Below, piece by piece: positions 28,093-32,000 of a DNA stretch of 32,000 nt. The stretch is taken from NCBI RefSeq assembly GCF_018336915.1, contig NZ_CP064923.1:1800001-1832000 (forward strand), written 5' to 3'. The translations under genes and the position numbers were made by a program. The stretch is from Acaryochloris marina S15. Its GTDB lineage: Bacteria; Cyanobacteriota; Cyanobacteriia; Thermosynechococcales; Thermosynechococcaceae. The notes under the pieces were generated by a model. It ran no database searches. It was not told the DNA's origin and was given only the letters and a program-made list of their open reading frames with translations. Within the stretch, counting starts at the first letter, position 1, and each line of letters starts with the position of its first letter.

Positions 28093-28356
28093 ATGGCTGA
28101 ACGACCAGTAACTGAATTAACTGATGGCGAGAAGAAAGAACTTTCTGCCCTTCTTGGTAAATTTTTTCAGGATAAAGAGATTTCAACACAAGCCCTTGTT
28201 GTTGATATATCAACCAAAGCAGATGCAGAAGAGAAACTTTCAAGAACAACGAAAACAAGTCTGTATTGTAGATGGGGATGTTGGGCTTGCCAAAATCCAC
28301 CCCCCAATCCTTTAGATCCTTGTTCACCTTGGGGTTTGTGCTGGGACTGTAGATAG
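28093..28356 (+). CDS. 87-aa protein: hydrophilic helical N-terminal region plus a six-Cys, four-Trp C-terminal core; unknown family
   Basis: ATG at 28093 with GAGGA 6 nt upstream. The ORF stays open through a very AT-rich region and a perfect terminator hairpin lies 82 nt after the stop. The core is CRWGCWACQNPPPNPLDPCSPWGLCWDCR. Confidence 0.6.
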   Translation: MAERPVTELTDGEKKELSALLGKFFQDKEISTQALVVDISTKADAEEKLSRTTKTSLYCRWGCWACQNPPPNPLDPCSPWGLCWDCR

Positions 28357-28437
28357 CTAAAGATCTGTAACCAAGATTTACTTAGAACTGTCTACGAAAA
28401 GTTTATATCCGTTTAAGCACTAATAAACTATTATTTT

Positions 28438-28475
28438 GACGTAATGAATACCAATATTCATTACGTCTTTTTATT
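28438..28475 (+). terminator. Rho-independent terminator between the 87-aa gene and the TpsA-like gene
   Basis: Perfect 13-bp stem: GACGTAATGAATA (28438-28450), loop CCAA, TATTCATTACGTC (28455-28467). TTTTTATT follows. Confidence 0.85.
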
Positions 28476-28496
28476 GGGGGAGTCTAATATCCTGGC

Positions 28497-31391
28497 ATGG
28501 TAATCAATATTTATAAGCAATATTTGCAGCTGGGCAGTACTGTACTTATACTTAGCGGGGTTATTTTTACTACTAATATCAAAGAAACTAAGGCTGAAGC
28601 TATACCGGATAGTTCCCTAGGCATAGAAGCTTCGATTGTTATACCTAATCAAAATATAAATGGCCGGCCTGCAAGTTTAGTCCAAGGTGGTGCAGTCCGT
28701 AATGCTGCTACGGTGTTTCATAGTTTTGAAAGATTTAGCATATCTGAAAGCCAAGCCATATATTTTGATAATCCTTCAAGAATTAAGACTATTGTCAGTA
28801 GAGTGACTGGCATTAGCCCATCCGATATCAATGGAACGCTAGGGCTGTGGAACAGTCTAGCGGGAACGTTGGGTAATGCTGATTTGTTTTTCATTAATTC
28901 TCGTGGAATTTCCTTTGGTCCCAAAGCAGCTTTGGACCTCAATGGTTCATTTCTCGCTTCTACTGCAACATCAATAAATTTTGGGGATGACTATCAATTC
29001 AGCACAGTTAACCCTACTGCTCCTCCTTTATTGACAATTAATGTACCGACAGGGTTACAGATTTCTTCCCCTAAATCTACTATTTCCAGTCAAGCTACTT
29101 TTAATATCATTCCCTTGCCAACATTTGGATTAAACGTCATGCCTGGTAATACTTTGGCATTGGTTGGTGGCGACATCCTTATTCAAGGAGGGAGTGTAGG
29201 AGCACCGGAAGGCCGCATCGAACTGGGCGGTGTGCTTAATGGAGAGGTGGGTTTACAACCTGACTTCAGAGGATGGAAGTTGGACTACTCTCAAATCCAA
29301 AACTATAGAGATATCTTGGTAGACAAGCAGTCAATTGTGGCTGCTAATGGAGTTGGAGGTGGTGAGATTCGTTTGCAGGGTAAAAATATTGTTATTGATG
29401 ATAATTCAAGGATTTTTGCGACGGTAAATTTTGGAGCAGAACCAGGGGGCATCATAGAGATTGATGCTTCTGAAATTCTACAGATTAGAAACGGGAGCGG
29501 TATTTTCACCTCTACTTTGGCAGATGGTGATGCAGGAGATATTTTGATCAAGGCTGACAAAGTATTTTTACAAAATGATGCAGCTATTGCCACAGATTCT
29601 GCTTTTATAAATCTTGGTTTTTTTCTAATGCGAGCTAATGGAAATAGTGGCAACATCTATATCACTGCACCTGAATCAGTTGAAATAATCAATAATAGCC
29701 AGATCTCGACAACAACGAATACTCCAGGGAATGCTGGTCTGATCAATATTGAAACAGGTCGTCTGGTTGCTAGAGAATCATCATTATTCCCAGCGATTAA
29801 TTCTGTAGCAGAAATTGGCAGCGAAGGTGATGCAGGTGATGTCAACCTGTTTGCAACTCAGTTTGTTCAAATAAACAATAGCTCCATTTCTACCTCTACT
29901 GCTGGTCTTGGAGATGCTGGAGATTTAAAAATCAATACATCAGAGCTTCTTTTGACAAATGGTGGCAGACTTGAGGCTTCAACAGTTGGTTCAGGAAAGG
30001 GGGGGAATATTGCTGCCTTTGTATCTGATCAGATTAATATTTCGGGCAATACTCCAAATGCAGGCCAACCTAGTGGCATCTTTTCCATAGTTGAGGTAGG
30101 AGCATCTGGGGCAGGCGGTCAACTACTCTTAAGTACAGGCCAAGTAGTCATTGACAATGGTGGCCAAATTTCTACCTCTACTACTGGTTTTGGAGCTGCT
30201 GGCAAGATTGATATTAGGGCATCACAAGGAGTTACCTTAATCGATCCTGGAAGCGGAGTGTTTGCTAACACTACTGATACTGGACAAGGAGGAACTATTT
30301 CATTGTTTACCCCAAATTTTCTGATTGAGAAGGGGGCTGTTGTCAATGCCAGTACTTCTGGGAATGGTCGAGGGGGCAGCATTTTTATCCGGTCCAATCG
30401 TTTTACAGCTCGTCAAGGAGGTCAACTTCTATCTACGGCATCGGGTCAGGGACCAGCAGGGGATATCACCTTACAAGTGCGCGACAACATCACCTTGATT
30501 GGGGCCAATAGTGGATTGTTTGCTAGCACTACACCTGATTCTACTGGGGCTGCTGGCAATATCTTTATCGATCCGATACAAGTGTTGATCACCAATGGTG
30601 CAGCGGTATCAGCGACTAGCTTAGGTATGGGTAAAGGGGGAGATATTCAATTGCGCGCCCGCAATTTAACCCTAGACCAGGGCCAAATTACGGCTGAAGC
30701 AGCAGTGGCCCCAGCGGGGGATATTCAGTTAAATATTGCCAACTTCTTACTATTACGAAATGGCAGTTTGATTTCGACGACTGCGGGTGGGGATGCTACG
30801 GGGGGCAATATTGATATCAATGCTCAACTCGTTACAGCATTTCCATCGGAGAATAGTGATATTACGGCTAATGCCCTCAATGGTCCAGGTGGCAATATTA
30901 CCATTACGACTCAAGGGGTTTTTGGCCTAGAGGTCCGAGACACGCTTACGAATTCCAGTGATATTGCGGCGTTTTCTCAGACTAATCCCCAACTCAACGG
31001 CATTGTCGAAATCATCACTCCTGAGGTGGACCCTAGCGAAAACTTATCTGAACAACCCGATGCCGTTGAAAAGCCGACGGAGATCTCTAGGGGGTGTAAC
31101 GCCCAAACGGCTAGTAGTAGTTTTGTGAGTAAGGGGCGAGGGGGCTTGCCCCACAATCCAGCGACTGCTTTGAGTAGTGAAGCTATCTGGCAGGATCTAC
31201 GTGCGCAAGAAATACAGTCTCCTGTGCAATCCATTAGTCAAATGACACCCAAATCCACTCCACAGGCACCTGTTGCTGCTCCATTCAAATGGGTAGAAGC
31301 CAAAGCTTGGCAAAGGTTACCTAATGGGAAAGTGAAGCTTGTGGGCAATTCAATCAATCAAAACACTTTGCATCCCGCGCCCTCTTGCTAG
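28497..31391 (+). CDS. Filamentous-haemagglutinin N-terminal (TPS) domain exoprotein, TpsA-like, with a right-handed beta-helix repeat body
   Basis: Signal peptide, then a TPS domain (aa 36-165: GGAVRNAATVFHSFERFSI, IVSRVTGISPSDINGTLG, NADLFFINSRGISFGPKA, GSFLASTA). About 650 aa of G/N/S/T-rich repeats follow (GNAGLINI, GDAGDLKI, GKGGNI). The conserved C-terminal segment C-x12-SKGRGGLPHNP resembles that of cyanobacterial homologues. Confidence 0.88.
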   Translation: MVINIYKQYLQLGSTVLILSGVIFTTNIKETKAEAIPDSSLGIEASIVIPNQNINGRPASLVQGGAVRNAATVFHSFERFSISESQAIYFDNPSRIKTIVSRVTGISPSDINGTLGLWNSLAGTLGNADLFFINSRGISFGPKAALDLNGSFLASTATSINFGDDYQFSTVNPTAPPLLTINVPTGLQISSPKSTISSQATFNIIPLPTFGLNVMPGNTLALVGGDILIQGGSVGAPEGRIELGGVLNGEVGLQPDFRGWKLDYSQIQNYRDILVDKQSIVAANGVGGGEIRLQGKNIVIDDNSRIFATVNFGAEPGGIIEIDASEILQIRNGSGIFTSTLADGDAGDILIKADKVFLQNDAAIATDSAFINLGFFLMRANGNSGNIYITAPESVEIINNSQISTTTNTPGNAGLINIETGRLVARESSLFPAINSVAEIGSEGDAGDVNLFATQFVQINNSSISTSTAGLGDAGDLKINTSELLLTNGGRLEASTVGSGKGGNIAAFVSDQINISGNTPNAGQPSGIFSIVEVGASGAGGQLLLSTGQVVIDNGGQISTSTTGFGAAGKIDIRASQGVTLIDPGSGVFANTTDTGQGGTISLFTPNFLIEKGAVVNASTSGNGRGGSIFIRSNRFTARQGGQLLSTASGQGPAGDITLQVRDNITLIGANSGLFASTTPDSTGAAGNIFIDPIQVLITNGAAVSATSLGMGKGGDIQLRARNLTLDQGQITAEAAVAPAGDIQLNIANFLLLRNGSLISTTAGGDATGGNIDINAQLVTAFPSENSDITANALNGPGGNITITTQGVFGLEVRDTLTNSSDIAAFSQTNPQLNGIVEIITPEVDPSENLSEQPDAVEKPTEISRGCNAQTASSSFVSKGRGGLPHNPATALSSEAIWQDLRAQEIQSPVQSISQMTPKSTPQAPVAAPFKWVEAKAWQRLPNGKVKLVGNSINQNTLHPAPSC

Positions 31392-31714
31392 TTCATGTTC
31401 TCTGTCAGTGAAAGGTTCTAGTGCTTTGAAAGGGAATAGCGTAAGCTGCTGTAATCTGAATTACAAACTTATGTAAATCTCTGCACAAATGCCAGCTATT
31501 TTTCTGATAAATGGGTAGTTCGCCATTCATCCTGTCATTTGGGTTGCTATTTAGCATCACTGATGATTCTTGACTTGTTAATCTTTTTTAGTGATCGCAA
31601 AATATAGGCTAGCTGTGATAGATAATAAGCACATCCCATATGATCTTTACTAATTCGATTTTTTCTTTTAAGTCAAGAAAGTATAAGTCAAATATGTAGG
31701 TTGAGTGATTTCAG

Positions 31715-32000
31715 ATGGAATCCCCTAAATACCAATCAAATGAAGGAATAAAGATTGAAGGGGAAATCACATTGCTGATGTATCAGACGACATCAGACAA
31801 GAAAAAAGTTCAGCTCAGCTTATTCAAGCTGACAACAGATGATGATGAAATATTTACTTTCTGCAATCACTATAAAGAGTCTTCCAGTTCAAAAAGCATA
31901 AATATATTAGTGAGTCTGGAAAGCCTGCAATTTTTTGATGAATATAGTCAGAATCATTTTAGTCTCTTGAATAGAGTTGTAATCTCAGTTCGAGAGCAAG
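31715..32000 (+). CDS. 5-prime part of an ORF running off the window (unknown function)
   Basis: An ATG at 31715 is followed by 95 stop-free codons in AT-rich DNA (MESPKYQSNEGIKIEGEITLLMYQ...). It is absent from the ORF track because it has no stop in the window. I see no signal peptide and no clear SD. Confidence 0.4.
   Translation, partial: MESPKYQSNEGIKIEGEITLLMYQTTSDKKKVQLSLFKLTTDDDEIFTFCNHYKESSSSKSINILVSLESLQFFDEYSQNHFSLLNRVVISVREQ

Noticed and set aside
28138-28161. ELSALLGK in the 87-aa protein, read as a double-glycine (LSxxELxxIxGG-type) leader cleavage site
   Set aside because: The segment superficially resembles bacteriocin leaders, but the -1 position is Lys rather than Gly, Ala or Ser. 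About 35 hydrophilic residues would also remain before the Cys-rich core. No C39-peptidase ABC transporter is in view.
28091-28327. 78-aa minus-strand ORF and a 63-aa plus-strand ORF (28124..28315), both overlapping the 87-aa gene
   Set aside because: The minus ORF starts at a GTG with no SD. Its product, and that of the alternative plus frame, are low-complexity K/L/Q-rich strings with no motif. Only the 28093 frame has a strong SD at correct spacing and a structured Cys/Trp pattern. The choice of frame still needs experimental or comparative confirmation.
25237-32000. Absence of HIP1 (GCGATCGC) from the right-hand 6.8 kb as evidence for a foreign island
   Set aside because: Comparable HIP1-free stretches occur in clearly native DNA in this window (5210-10660 and 14034-21972). 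With ten sites in 32 kb the absence is not statistically meaningful.
1-32000. Search for tRNA/rRNA genes, CRISPR arrays, transposases, IS ends and long direct or inverted repeats
   Set aside because: I found no T-loop-like GGTTCGAATCC contexts outside coding frames, no spaced direct-repeat arrays, and no transposase- or integrase-like ORFs. The only repeats seen are HIP1 sites, the 12-bp exbD repeat and the degenerate beta-helix repeats inside the TpsA-like gene.

Overview
Cyanobacterial chromosomal window. Evidence: ten copies of the HIP1 palindrome GCGATCGC, plus prk, chlI, thf1/psb29, NTRC, solanesyl-diphosphate synthase and a fibrillin. I call about 33 protein genes and see no tRNA, rRNA, CRISPR array or transposase. 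About 27 kb is ordinary core: Calvin-cycle and redox genes (prk, NTRC, BolA plus monothiol Grx), chlorophyll and prenylquinone genes (chlI, sds), lepB, exbB-exbD, an RCK-gated channel, eda, and a tight four-gene NAD operon (pncB-nadD-nrtR-nadE) with a 25-bp palindrome in its promoter. Three things stand out. (1) The right end (about 27.6 kb to the window edge) is an AT-rich accessory-looking locus. It holds an unannotatable 87-aa gene with a strong SD and its own perfect 13-bp-stem terminator. Its C-terminus is a six-Cys, four-Trp core with an internally duplicated W-G-x(0-1)-C-W-x-C motif. A 964-aa TpsA-like (filamentous-haemagglutinin N-terminal domain) beta-helical exoprotein follows, with no TpsB partner in view. 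(2) Two non-ATPase proteins (344 aa and 659 aa) match the MshEN c-di-GMP-binding motif with the exact 24-5-24 residue spacing. The 659-aa one is a membrane protein transcribed divergently from the peptide/TpsA locus. (3) Smaller oddities: a channel whose filter reads TVGFME, an ExbD with a roughly 70-aa Pro-rich tail, a 73-nt nadD/nrtR overlap, and a 483-bp AT-rich gap. All functional calls rest on reading the translated ORFs by eye. No database search was possible.
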